DNA of 35,144 bases from a virus (lineage: Duplodnaviria > Caudoviricetes). Each line of letters begins with the position of its first letter. Within the stretch, counting starts at the first letter, position 1. Shown piece after piece: positions 18,080-26,678 of this stretch. The notes under the pieces are model-generated. The model made no database searches and was not told the DNA's origin. It saw nothing but the letters and a program-made list of their open reading frames with translations. The DNA is taken from positions 1-35,144 of IMG/VR virus record IMGVR_UViG_3300017911_002314; one strand, written 5' to 3'. The position numbers and the translations under genes are program-made.

Positions 18080-18580
18080 TTAATCTTTTCTATTTCTATG
18101 ACCCCCATGAAGATGGAAAAAACCATCATGTTGTGAAAAGTCTAGATGTTTAATTTTTTCATAATATTCGTTCATCTTTTCAAGTCTTTGTATAGCCAAG
18201 TTTTTATTCAATTTATCCGGTGCAATGGCGAATTCAATTTTCGATACAATATCTTCTAAAGAATAGTCTTGCGTTTCATTCAAGTCTTCAAATTGAAAAA
18301 TAAATACATTTTTATACATATGATATTTCGGATCAATAAATCTATTCAAGTCCTTCCTTTCAGAACAAAAAAATGTTAATTTATATTTATCTGAATACTT
18401 TTTAGTAAGACTGTCAATATCTGTATTATGAGTAACTGTGATCAAATTTTCTTCAATAGTGTTATCATCTAAAATAACTACAGGATGATGTGGCCTAAAT
18501 AAACCTAAAATACAATTATTTAAAACTGTACTTGCAGTTCTAGGAGGAGATGCACAAATTATTCTTGGTTGCCTTTTCAT
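18080..18580 (-). CDS. Sulfotransferase-like protein
   Basis: N-terminal ICASPPRTASTVL resembles the PAPS 5'-phosphosulfate loop (PRSGST); later VTH, SER and FQFEDL motifs fit; short protein. Confidence 0.5.
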   Translation of the reverse strand: MKRQPRIICASPPRTASTVLNNCILGLFRPHHPVVILDDNTIEENLITVTHNTDIDSLTKKYSDKYKLTFFCSERKDLNRFIDPKYHMYKNVFIFQFEDLNETQDYSLEDIVSKIEFAIAPDKLNKNLAIQRLEKMNEYYEKIKHLDFSQHDGFFHLHGGHRNRKD

Positions 18581-19122
18581 TTTTTACACTCTACATTTAG
18601 GCTAATTAAAGTGCCATTATCTTTGTCCATGTGAGGCAAATAAGCTTGAGAGCAATCATCGATATGAGCATGGTCTGTATTTCTCCAGTTATAACGGTTA
18701 ACAGAATTAAAACCAGTCTCTTCAAGAATCATTTTAATTGAATCAAAATCATAAACTGTTTTGTGGTAAATTGTTTTATCAGACATTTTCATTTTCCCAT
18801 ATAAAGGACCAAGGAATCTGTCTAAGGGGTATTCTCCATCTTGATACAATCTAGACATCACATCAAAATCTGGAACAGCTAAACGAAGCACTCCATTTTT
18901 TTTAAGGACTCTATTCCATTCAAGCAAAACTTCTAAAACCTCTTGTCTGTCAAAATACTCCAAAACGTGAGAAGCGTAGATGACATCTACAGAGTTCGAT
19001 TCCCAACGCAAATTCGTAATAGAATTAAATTTGTAATCTAAATGATCATAATCACCAGAATCAATATGAATCCAATCTTCACCAAAATTAGTGGAACCAC
19101 AACCTAGATTTAATTTAATCAT
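18577..19122 (-). CDS. Class I SAM-dependent methyltransferase (Methyltransf_11-like)
   Basis: KLNLGCG, VDVIYASHVLE and RVLKKNGVLRLAVPD. Confidence 0.88.
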   Translation of the reverse strand: MIKLNLGCGSTNFGEDWIHIDSGDYDHLDYKFNSITNLRWESNSVDVIYASHVLEYFDRQEVLEVLLEWNRVLKKNGVLRLAVPDFDVMSRLYQDGEYPLDRFLGPLYGKMKMSDKTIYHKTVYDFDSIKMILEETGFNSVNRYNWRNTDHAHIDDCSQAYLPHMDKDNGTLISLNVECKK

Positions 19123-19540
19123 TGATAAAAGTCTTGTCTTTAGCTTGTCCCATATATGGCCCAGTCTTTATTTCATAAACTAATGCGCCTTGTTCAAGAG
19201 CCTGATAGTTATGGCCTCCCCTAAAGGTGATAGTCGCATCACCTGCTTCTAAAATATTTTCTTCTAAAAGATTGTCTTCTTCATCGTAATGAAATGTTTT
19301 TACTTTTCCTTTGACTACAATCCAACACTCTTGAGTGATATCTGTCTCTCTAGGAAGTGTTAAATGCTTATGCCCTCTAAATTTATGATTCTCTGGAATT
19401 TTAATCGCAGCAAGTTGCAAAAATTCAGACTCATCAGAGATATCTTCACGGAAGTCTAATTCTTTTAATTCTGACAACCTGTAAATAATGTGCAGAACAT
19501 CTCCATCTTTATTTTTAATCTCATTCATAAGCCAATCCAA
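19115..19540 (-). CDS. Cupin-fold protein, probable sugar isomerase/epimerase
   Basis: Metal motif HKH...QE...GGH and EIKTGPY. Confidence 0.7.
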   Translation of the reverse strand: MDWLMNEIKNKDGDVLHIIYRLSELKELDFREDISDESEFLQLAAIKIPENHKFRGHKHLTLPRETDITQECWIVVKGKVKTFHYDEEDNLLEENILEAGDATITFRGGHNYQALEQGALVYEIKTGPYMGQAKDKTFIND

Positions 19541-20307
19541 TCATCTGGGAAAATATCAATATCCTTACCTTTAAACCAATTATTAGGATAAACCACCGTT
19601 TTATCAACATTTTTATTTAAAAAAGCAGACCACCAAGAAAAAGTAGAATTTGCAATGATGTTGCTAGAACAAATCGACATACAGTATAAATCTATAAATG
19701 CATCATATTGAGTGGGGAAACAAGTACAATTTTCTGTATTAAATTTTTGTTTAATCCACTCAGGATCATCTGAAAAAACTAAAAAGCTGCTATTGGGGAA
19801 AAGGTCCATAGCCTTATTAAAATAACTCATATCTTGAACTGGATGTTGATCTATCTTTAAATAATCTCCTCTTCTTACATGTATTGAAACAAATTCAGAA
19901 GGATCAATATTTAGCTCTTCTAAAAGAAAGTTTGATTCTTTAATAACCTTCTTATTGAACTCAATACCCTTATCGTCTTCAAGGTTAAAATATTTTTTAT
20001 TTTGGAAATATCCTGTAAAATTAGTAAAATCTTTAACTGAAAAAACAGACTGATCAAACAGATTGTCTTGATGTTCTCTATAGATATACTGTAAATATTT
20101 ACTGACTTCTTCTACGGGTTGTTTCTCAATAGAAATATTAAACCCAGATTCAAGCTGTTGTATTCTTTGTCCAGAATGATGCATGAATTCTTGAGATACT
20201 GGATATACGGGCTTATGTCCTGTTCTGTCAGCTACAGTAAGTAAAAAATAATAATTAAACAAAGCATTGCCAATAGCTCTATTCGAAATGTCTAAACAAG
20301 TTATCAT
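19525..20307 (-). CDS. GT11 alpha-1,2-fucosyltransferase-like glycosyltransferase
   Basis: IGNALF, GYFQ, SIHVRRGDY, VFSDD and IIANSTFSWW. Confidence 0.9.
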   Translation of the reverse strand: MITCLDISNRAIGNALFNYYFLLTVADRTGHKPVYPVSQEFMHHSGQRIQQLESGFNISIEKQPVEEVSKYLQYIYREHQDNLFDQSVFSVKDFTNFTGYFQNKKYFNLEDDKGIEFNKKVIKESNFLLEELNIDPSEFVSIHVRRGDYLKIDQHPVQDMSYFNKAMDLFPNSSFLVFSDDPEWIKQKFNTENCTCFPTQYDAFIDLYCMSICSSNIIANSTFSWWSAFLNKNVDKTVVYPNNWFKGKDIDIFPDDWIGL

Positions 20308-20308
20308 A

Positions 20309-21001
20309 CTAAATATCTAAAAATGATTTTTTAATAACACTATCTCTTTGAGAAAATTTTTCATCGATATCTGAATAATTGTCATACTGAGAAGCATAGA
20401 TAAATTTTGGACAAAAGAAATTATGATTAAAACCTTGAAACTTTAACCAATGATCATAACAAATGTTATTTTTTTGCCATTCCATCCAAGTGTTTACATC
20501 ATAAGTTTTAGGGAAAAGTTTTTCACTTAATAATTTAGCAAATTCTAAAGAATAAGTAATAGCATGAGCGCACCCAGCCGAATTCACTTTGTACAAATTA
20601 TCTGAATAATCTTCAATGCTTTTCTTTTCTGGGTTTGGAATATAGACAGACCCACTCTGTTGTAAAACACAACCCCAATATAACAAATCAAAATCTTCTG
20701 GTAAAGAATTGTAAGAAGAAATAAAATCTTTTGTTTTTGATTCGTCAAAAACTACGTCATCTTCAAAAATAGTAAATTTGCTGTGGCCATCACGCACGGC
20801 TCTTCTTATTGCTTTCGCGTGAGAAGCAGAACAAGCAGCTTTATTATAATAAACGTTTTGTGCTTTAAATTTTATCGCTTCTATTCTTTCGCAGCCGTCA
20901 GAAAAGAAATCGCGAACTTTTTCAAATTGGTTTGAAAAACTTTGCAATCTATCTTTCCTAGATTTGAGGTTAATATAATAAGATTTCATTAACTTGTCCA
21001 C
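20309..21001 (-). CDS. GT25-family glycosyltransferase
   Basis: YYINLKSRKDR, CSASH, IFEDD, DLLYWG and AHAITYS. The true start may be the second Met. Confidence 0.82.
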   Translation of the reverse strand: MDKLMKSYYINLKSRKDRLQSFSNQFEKVRDFFSDGCERIEAIKFKAQNVYYNKAACSASHAKAIRRAVRDGHSKFTIFEDDVVFDESKTKDFISSYNSLPEDFDLLYWGCVLQQSGSVYIPNPEKKSIEDYSDNLYKVNSAGCAHAITYSLEFAKLLSEKLFPKTYDVNTWMEWQKNNICYDHWLKFQGFNHNFFCPKFIYASQYDNYSDIDEKFSQRDSVIKKSFLDI

Positions 21002-21731
21002 AATCTTTTATGACAATAGTTTCAATATGTTCTTTTGAATTGAAATCAAAAACAAATATTTTCCCATCAACATCTTTATGACGTTCTGCTCTAGGTGCTT
21101 TTTCAGAAAGCCCTACATAAAGCTTACCATCTTCAAGAGCCATGCCTCTAACTAAACCTTCAGATTCAATGTTGATACTGTCTCCATCAACAGAAGCGAC
21201 TCTTGAATTAAAAGAATCACAATACCAAAATGTATTATTATAATATTGGATTGTATGACAATGTTCACCAAGATTACTAAAAAATCGAAATGCCCTCTTA
21301 ATTTTAGGACTAAATAGATGAATACAAGAAGAGTCGCTAAAATTATCTCTATGAGACATTATAAATAAAAGATCTCCAATTTGCTTAATACTATTCATAT
21401 GTGGATTTTTATTGCCGATAGTATTTCTAAAAATTTTTTCAACCTGCATTGACTTTAAATCAACTTGAATAATATCATTACTTTTGGTTGATAAAATATA
21501 AATTTTGTCGTTGTAAATTTCCAAACCATGTGCGTCTACACAAGTCGGGGTATCAATTTTGCCAACTAGATTATATTCTTTGTCTAAAACAACAACGTCT
21601 TTTGATTCCCTCCTGACTGCATATATGAAACCATCTTTATCTTTAGATAATCCAAAATACGGACCACTACCTTGTAAAATAAATTTATTTTGATTTAAGT
21701 CGTAAAGACCCTTTGAAGTCGAGATAATCAT
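20970..21731 (-). CDS. Beta-propeller-like hypothetical protein
   Basis: Repeated beta-rich units with DAHGL, PHMNSI, HCHTI and VRGMA. Confidence 0.55.
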   Translation of the reverse strand: MIISTSKGLYDLNQNKFILQGSGPYFGLSKDKDGFIYAVRRESKDVVVLDKEYNLVGKIDTPTCVDAHGLEIYNDKIYILSTKSNDIIQVDLKSMQVEKIFRNTIGNKNPHMNSIKQIGDLLFIMSHRDNFSDSSCIHLFSPKIKRAFRFFSNLGEHCHTIQYYNNTFWYCDSFNSRVASVDGDSINIESEGLVRGMALEDGKLYVGLSEKAPRAERHKDVDGKIFVFDFNSKEHIETIVIKDCGQVNEILLY

Positions 21732-22543
21732 AATTTGAAAGTTTTTTTGTTTGAACTATTGTAAGGGAATATTGAAGAAATTCTATTTTCTAGAATATTT
21801 TTTAAACCAATCGCAAAATATTGAGGATCAGAATAAAGTGGTAATCCTCTTTCTTGGAATGGTAGCCACCTTGCTTTAATCATTGGATGAGTAGATCCTA
21901 CTTGAGAATAATAATCTGCTGTTTCAATAGTTGGGACTCCATTTGCATAAGCGATATACTTAAAACCAGAATCAATAGTTACAAAAGCTTTAGCTCCCAT
22001 TACGGTAATACATGCTTTATCAATACTAGAGCAAACTATTTTAACTTTATCCAAAACATCAGAGTAACGCTCTTTTTCTTTTTCTGTACAAATCGCGACT
22101 AGCTTATTGCCAGTATCATAAAGAGAGTTGACCAGTTTGGTGATATAATCCTTCTTAAGATTTTTTGGCTCCCATAAATTATGAGTCAAATGCAAACAAA
22201 CATAATCTCCTTTTTGGACTGTTATTTCTGGCTTGGGGAAATAATAGAATCTACTCAACCAATCAAAATCATAAGTCGTCCATTTCATTTTGTCGATGTG
22301 TAGATCATAAAAGAAATCATAATCACTTTTACTAACCTCGCTCCATAAACAATATCTGTCAGACATGCTTGGATAAAATCCCTCTAAAACATCTAGTTGA
22401 TAAGTCTCTCCCCTATCATTATCAAATGCAAAAGTAATATGGCAATCAGAATGGTATTCTCTAATTGCTGGGATAAATCTATTAGATAAAAGACAATCTC
22501 CTAAACCACCCTCTACCCTAACAAGTACTTTAGATTGTGTCAT
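21728..22543 (-). CDS. GT9 (heptosyltransferase)-like glycosyltransferase
   Basis: GGLGDCLL at the N-terminus; FVTIDSGFKYIAYANGVPTI. Confidence 0.75.
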   Translation of the reverse strand: MTQSKVLVRVEGGLGDCLLSNRFIPAIREYHSDCHITFAFDNDRGETYQLDVLEGFYPSMSDRYCLWSEVSKSDYDFFYDLHIDKMKWTTYDFDWLSRFYYFPKPEITVQKGDYVCLHLTHNLWEPKNLKKDYITKLVNSLYDTGNKLVAICTEKEKERYSDVLDKVKIVCSSIDKACITVMGAKAFVTIDSGFKYIAYANGVPTIETADYYSQVGSTHPMIKARWLPFQERGLPLYSDPQYFAIGLKNILENRISSIFPYNSSNKKTFKL

Positions 22544-23141
22544 AAAGGTCGTTCTGCTTCTCTTGCTTCTGAATGTCTTTTACATGAAGAATGCAAAAAT
22601 GCTCAATAGGAGAATTAGATAATCTAGCTTGATTATTCGCTCCCACTAAAACCTCATGAACTTTATTTTGCCACTTAACATGACCTTTTGTAGAAACGAA
22701 ACGAGACTGAAAATCAGGGAATCCTTCCCAACCCATTTCATTAATTTGCCAATTATATTTTTTGATGTGTTCTTCTGTCGCCCCGCGAACTACATTAATT
22801 CTTGGAATCCAAAGCAGATCAATATCTCCTTTTTGAACAACTGTCCTTAATGCATTCAATAATGATGGTGGAATTTGTTCGTCAGCATCAATCTGCATCA
22901 AATAATCTTTTGTAGACAAGTCGAACAAAGTATTTTTAAAAGCAGAGAAGTCTTTCTGAAAGTCAAAATAGTTTACTTTTAACCCGCAAAGCTCACAGAA
23001 ATCTTCGATCTCTTTTGTTATCTTATTCTGATCTGCCAAGATGACAATCTCCTCATCTGGTAAAACATACGGTTCAAGTGAATTAATTAATCTTTTAAAT
23101 TCAAAGAACTCATCTGCTACTGTAATTGCATAAGTGATCAT
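22530..23141 (-). CDS. GT2-family glycosyltransferase
   Basis: DFSAFKN, QIDADE, FPDFQSR and WQNKVHE. Confidence 0.85.
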   Translation of the reverse strand: MITYAITVADEFFEFKRLINSLEPYVLPDEEIVILADQNKITKEIEDFCELCGLKVNYFDFQKDFSAFKNTLFDLSTKDYLMQIDADEQIPPSLLNALRTVVQKGDIDLLWIPRINVVRGATEEHIKKYNWQINEMGWEGFPDFQSRFVSTKGHVKWQNKVHEVLVGANNQARLSNSPIEHFCILHVKDIQKQEKQNDLYDTI

Positions 23142-23178
23142 AAAAAACTCCTTCTAGGCAAGCACGGCCTAGAAGGAG
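23142..23178 (-). terminator. Rho-independent terminator downstream of hsp20
   Basis: Perfect 12-bp stem CTCCTTCTAGGC/GCCTAGAAGGAG, 7-nt loop, then U6 on the minus strand. Confidence 0.8.
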
Positions 23179-23200
23179 CGATACAAGTCACTTCAAAGCG

Positions 23201-23626
23201 TTACTTAACTTCAATCATTATATCTTTTTTCTCCTCTTTTTCTAGAGGTATTTTGACTCTCAGTAGGCCATTTTTGTATTCTGCCTGAATGGAGTCCTTA
23301 TCAACGTTCTGATGCAAGGTGAAGTGCTTCTTGACAGATCGTCGAGATATTTTTTTATGGTAGAACTCAGCATCATCATCTTTTTGCTGAGATCCCGCCT
23401 CAATCTTCAAGGTCTGGCCAGATACAGAAACAGAAATATCTTCCTGATCTAATCCCACTAATGCAAACTCAAGAATGAAATTATCATCCTTGTCTTTATA
23501 CGCATCATAAGGTTCTGAGCCTGAATACAGTGGAGCATTAGCTTGATTAGCTAACAACTGCATACGCTTAAAGATATCTCCCTCAAAAACCAAGGGAGCC
23601 AACATTTTGTTTATCATCATTGTCAT
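23201..23626 (-). CDS. Small heat shock protein (Hsp20/alpha-crystallin)
   Basis: PYD...FILEFALVG...ISRRS..KHFTL...AEYKNGLLRVKIP. Confidence 0.92.
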   Translation of the reverse strand: MTMMINKMLAPLVFEGDIFKRMQLLANQANAPLYSGSEPYDAYKDKDDNFILEFALVGLDQEDISVSVSGQTLKIEAGSQQKDDDAEFYHKKISRRSVKKHFTLHQNVDKDSIQAEYKNGLLRVKIPLEKEEKKDIMIEVK

Positions 23627-23706
23627 ACTACTATTTTTAGTTAGTTTTTTGTTTTTCTAGCCCCATTTGGGTGCTGGAAATTCTCAGACAATGCAGATAT
23701 ACTAAA

Positions 23707-23808
23707 TCAATCTTCGTCGAATTGCGCTTCGTCGATACGATCTAGTATAAATGCTATTGTTTCGTCGAGTTCTACCTCGTCTGTAAAATTAATTTCTGGT
23801 TCGGTCAT
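23707..23808 (-). CDS. Acidic micro-protein (33 aa), missing from the ORF track
   Basis: MTEPEINFTDEVELDETIAFILDRIDEAQFDED*; preceded by the recurring GTGTA motif 12 nt upstream. Confidence 0.55.
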   Translation of the reverse strand: MTEPEINFTDEVELDETIAFILDRIDEAQFDED

Positions 23809-23846
23809 AGTGCATGTATATACACAAAACCAAACCTTGGGGAAAT

Positions 23847-25493
23847 TCATCCTTCACAAGATTTACATTCCATCATTGATCTTGCCAATTCTTGGCTAGG
23901 ATTAGCACTCCTCTGATAATAAAAGCCCTTGATTCCATTCTCCCAGCCATAAATTAAAAGTTGATTAACATCTTTTGCAGGAGCTTTCGGAGCAACCATG
24001 ATATTCAAAGATTGACCTTGATCAATGTATTTCTGTCTTTGGGCCGCTTGAATGACAATTTCTTTCTGGGAGATCTCCCCAAAAGTTTTGAATACTTCTT
24101 TTTCTTCTACTGAGAGGAAAGGTAAATGTAGCACTGAGCCGCCTTTTTCTAGTATACTCATCCAAACATCATTATTATCTTTGCCTTTCTCAGCCAAAAG
24201 ATCTTTAAGATAGGGGTTTCTAAAGGTGAATTTACCTTTAGCCAGATCTTTAGTAAAGTAATTCCCATTGAGAGGTTCAATAGATGGAGAAACCTGACCT
24301 AAGATAAATGAGCTACTGGTAGTTGGAGCGATAGCTAAAGTGGTAGTATTTCTACGAGCATAGCCTTTACAATACAAAGGCTCACCCAAACCATCTGCTA
24401 ATTCTGCTGTAGCTTTATCCGCACGATCACGGATAGTTTTCCAGATAGAACTATTGCGTAGTTTGGCCTCCATACTCTCAAAGCTAATCATCTTGCTTTG
24501 AAGATATGAATGCCACCCAAGGACGCCCATACCTAAAGCCCTGTGGCGTTTTGCAAAATTATGAGAAGCCTCCATGAAAGGCATATTGCTTGTTTTTAGA
24601 ATATACTCTTCCATCACTGCATCTAAAAACATTACCAGAGTTTCAATGGCATCTGTTCCTTCAATCTCATCCCACCTGACAAGATTCAAAGACGAAAGAC
24701 AACAAACAAAAGACTCATCTTCTTTAGACGGCAGACTAATCTCGTTACAAAGATTAGAAGCGTAAATCTTCATGCCTTTATCTCTGTAACAATCAGGGGC
24801 ATTTTTATTAGCTGTATCTTGGAAGAAGATATACGGATATCCAGTCTCAAAACGTTTTTTGATTACAGAAGCCCAAATCTGACGCTTATCAGAATCACCC
24901 TTAATCATTGATTCCATCCATTCGTCCGTAATAGTTACAGCGAAAGACATATCTTGAATTGCATTACCTTCACTCTTGATGCGGAGAAACTCTTTTACAT
25001 CAGGATGTTCAATAGGAAGGTAAGCGGCGAAAGAACCACGACGAACATTACCTTGAGAAACAACAGCGGCAACTTTATCAAACAATTCCATGAAGTGAAC
25101 TGCTCCAGATGACTGACCACCAGAGTTTATTTCTGCCCCACGTTCACGAAGATCACCAAAATAAGCAGAAGTTCCTGAGCCATGTTTAGTTTGCATACCA
25201 ACCTCGCTTTGCTTGGCAAGTATTCCATCCATCCTATCTGGAACGTAAACTCCGTTACATGAAATGGGCAATCCTCTCTCTCGACCAAAATTAGACCAAA
25301 CTGGGGAAGCCAAGGAATAAAATCCTTGCTTCATATAACCCTCAAACTTGTCAGCAAAGCCGTCAATACTAAGATACTGTTCAGCAGTATCTGCAATATC
25401 ACGAATCCTCTGCTCTGGAGTCTCTCCTTTTTTCAAGTAACCCCTCTCAAGGAATAACCTTGAGTCATCATTTAGCCAATAGTAGTCAGTCAT
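23847..25493 (-). CDS. nrdA: Ribonucleotide reductase large subunit (class I, no ATP cone)
   Basis: SPVWSNFG, LPISC, SNLCNEI, CCLSSLN, AIAPT, FYY and C-terminal CKSCEG. Confidence 0.95.
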   Translation of the reverse strand: MTDYYWLNDDSRLFLERGYLKKGETPEQRIRDIADTAEQYLSIDGFADKFEGYMKQGFYSLASPVWSNFGRERGLPISCNGVYVPDRMDGILAKQSEVGMQTKHGSGTSAYFGDLRERGAEINSGGQSSGAVHFMELFDKVAAVVSQGNVRRGSFAAYLPIEHPDVKEFLRIKSEGNAIQDMSFAVTITDEWMESMIKGDSDKRQIWASVIKKRFETGYPYIFFQDTANKNAPDCYRDKGMKIYASNLCNEISLPSKEDESFVCCLSSLNLVRWDEIEGTDAIETLVMFLDAVMEEYILKTSNMPFMEASHNFAKRHRALGMGVLGWHSYLQSKMISFESMEAKLRNSSIWKTIRDRADKATAELADGLGEPLYCKGYARRNTTTLAIAPTTSSSFILGQVSPSIEPLNGNYFTKDLAKGKFTFRNPYLKDLLAEKGKDNNDVWMSILEKGGSVLHLPFLSVEEKEVFKTFGEISQKEIVIQAAQRQKYIDQGQSLNIMVAPKAPAKDVNQLLIYGWENGIKGFYYQRSANPSQELARSMMECKSCEG

Positions 25494-26465
25494 TTAAAAC
25501 AAGTCGTCTGCGTTGAACGTCTGCGAATTTTTAGAATACTCGACTGGTCGAGCATAAAAGAAGTCGGTGGCATTATTGCCAAGCAACTCCTCTTCAAACC
25601 AGATAGTATCTTTCAGCAGATTTTTATCAACATCAAAAGCTTGTTTAAAGCCGATTTTATCCAAAGAATCGTTAATTCTGTTTTTAATGAACTCTTTGAG
25701 AACAATTGCATTCAATCCCTTCTCACGAATTCCATTAATCATCCAATCAACAATCTTACTTTCAGCATTGAAAGCCTGTTGAGCTTCGTCAAGAATACGA
25801 GCCTCTAACTCTTCGTCAAACAACTCTGGATGCTCTTCACGAATAGTATTAATAATCTTCATGCCAACCATAGCATGTAGATTCTCTTCATTGCGAGTAT
25901 ACTTAACCTGTTGGTCTGTGTCCTTCAATACATTCTTATGACGAGCAAACCAATTGATAACGTAAAACTGACTAAACAACGATACATTCTCAACAAACAG
26001 CGTAAACAAGATAAGAGCATAGACATACTGCTTCTTGCTATTCTTGTAGAACTTGTGGGTGTACTTACGCAAGTAGTTTACTCGACCCTCAATGAAGTCT
26101 AATTTGAGGTTCTGCTCAAACACCTCTTCCAACCCAAGTACCTCAAGTAAACGCTCATAAGCATTGTTGTGAATAACTTCGACATTCGCCATCACAAAAC
26201 CCAAATCACTCAAAGATGGGTGCGGCAAATTGTCGCCCAATTTACTCCAGAACTTTTTGACTGCCACTTCGATTTGACCAATAGCAGAGAGAGTGCGAAC
26301 AATAATCTCTTTTTCCCTCTCATCAAGAACCACGTTAAAATCCTGAATATCAGAAGCAAAACTAAATTCTTTGTCGGTCCAGAACCCATTGTGCATTGCT
26401 TCGATAAAATCCCCTGCCCAAGAATAATGGTCAGGCTTGCGTGATACTTGCTCTTCAAAAATCAT
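25494..26465 (-). CDS. nrdB: Ribonucleotide reductase small subunit (class Id-like)
   Basis: QIEVAVK, EVIHNNAY, ENVSLFSQF, EENLH and DFFYARPVEY. Confidence 0.93.
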   Translation of the reverse strand: MIFEEQVSRKPDHYSWAGDFIEAMHNGFWTDKEFSFASDIQDFNVVLDEREKEIIVRTLSAIGQIEVAVKKFWSKLGDNLPHPSLSDLGFVMANVEVIHNNAYERLLEVLGLEEVFEQNLKLDFIEGRVNYLRKYTHKFYKNSKKQYVYALILFTLFVENVSLFSQFYVINWFARHKNVLKDTDQQVKYTRNEENLHAMVGMKIINTIREEHPELFDEELEARILDEAQQAFNAESKIVDWMINGIREKGLNAIVLKEFIKNRINDSLDKIGFKQAFDVDKNLLKDTIWFEEELLGNNATDFFYARPVEYSKNSQTFNADDLF

Positions 26466-26519
26466 GTCTTATTTATTTACACGGTGAGAAAAAATGTTCA
26501 AGGAAAAAATCAAAAAAGT

Positions 26520-26566
26520 TGGCGAAGCCATTATATTAATACGAACGTAGTGAGTATTAATATAAT
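26520..26566. repeat. GCGAAGC mini-hairpin plus AT-rich 13-bp inverted repeat
   Basis: TGGC-GAA-GCCA at 26520-26530; ATTATATTAATAC (26530-26542) / GTATTAATATAAT (26554-26566) with an 11-nt loop GAACGTAGTGA. Confidence 0.9.
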
Positions 26567-26637
26567 ACGTATCTTTACAGTACTGTCAGGATACGTATCT
26601 TAACAGCATTGTAAGGGTACGTATCCTTACAGTGCTG
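26566..26637. repeat. Three 26-bp-period palindromic repeats
   Basis: TACGTATCTTTACAG (26566), TACGTATCTTAACAG (26592) and TACGTATCCTTACAG (26618); dyad axes at TACGTA and ACAGnnnTG alternate every 13 bp. Confidence 0.9.
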
Positions 26638-26650
26638 CTTCCGTTACGTT

Positions 26651-26678
26651 ATTCTAATCCAAAAAAAAATGTTGTCAA
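26651..26678 (-). promoter_or_regulatory. sigma70-type promoter firing across the repeat array toward nrdB
   Basis: TTGACA-16-TAGAAT with an AT-rich upstream tract. Confidence 0.65.

Noticed and set aside
18585-18589. GTGTA motif before the 18580 start
   Set aside because: Only 4 nt from the ATG and inside the coding end of the overlapping upstream gene; likely coincidental.
23654-23680. CIRCE or sigma32 element for hsp20
   Set aside because: The spacer does not fit the 9-nt CIRCE spacing, and CCCCATTT is on the wrong strand for hsp20.
26566-26637. CRISPR mini-array
   Set aside because: The period is only 26 bp, the intervening bases are themselves palindromic rather than unique spacers, and no cas operon is present.
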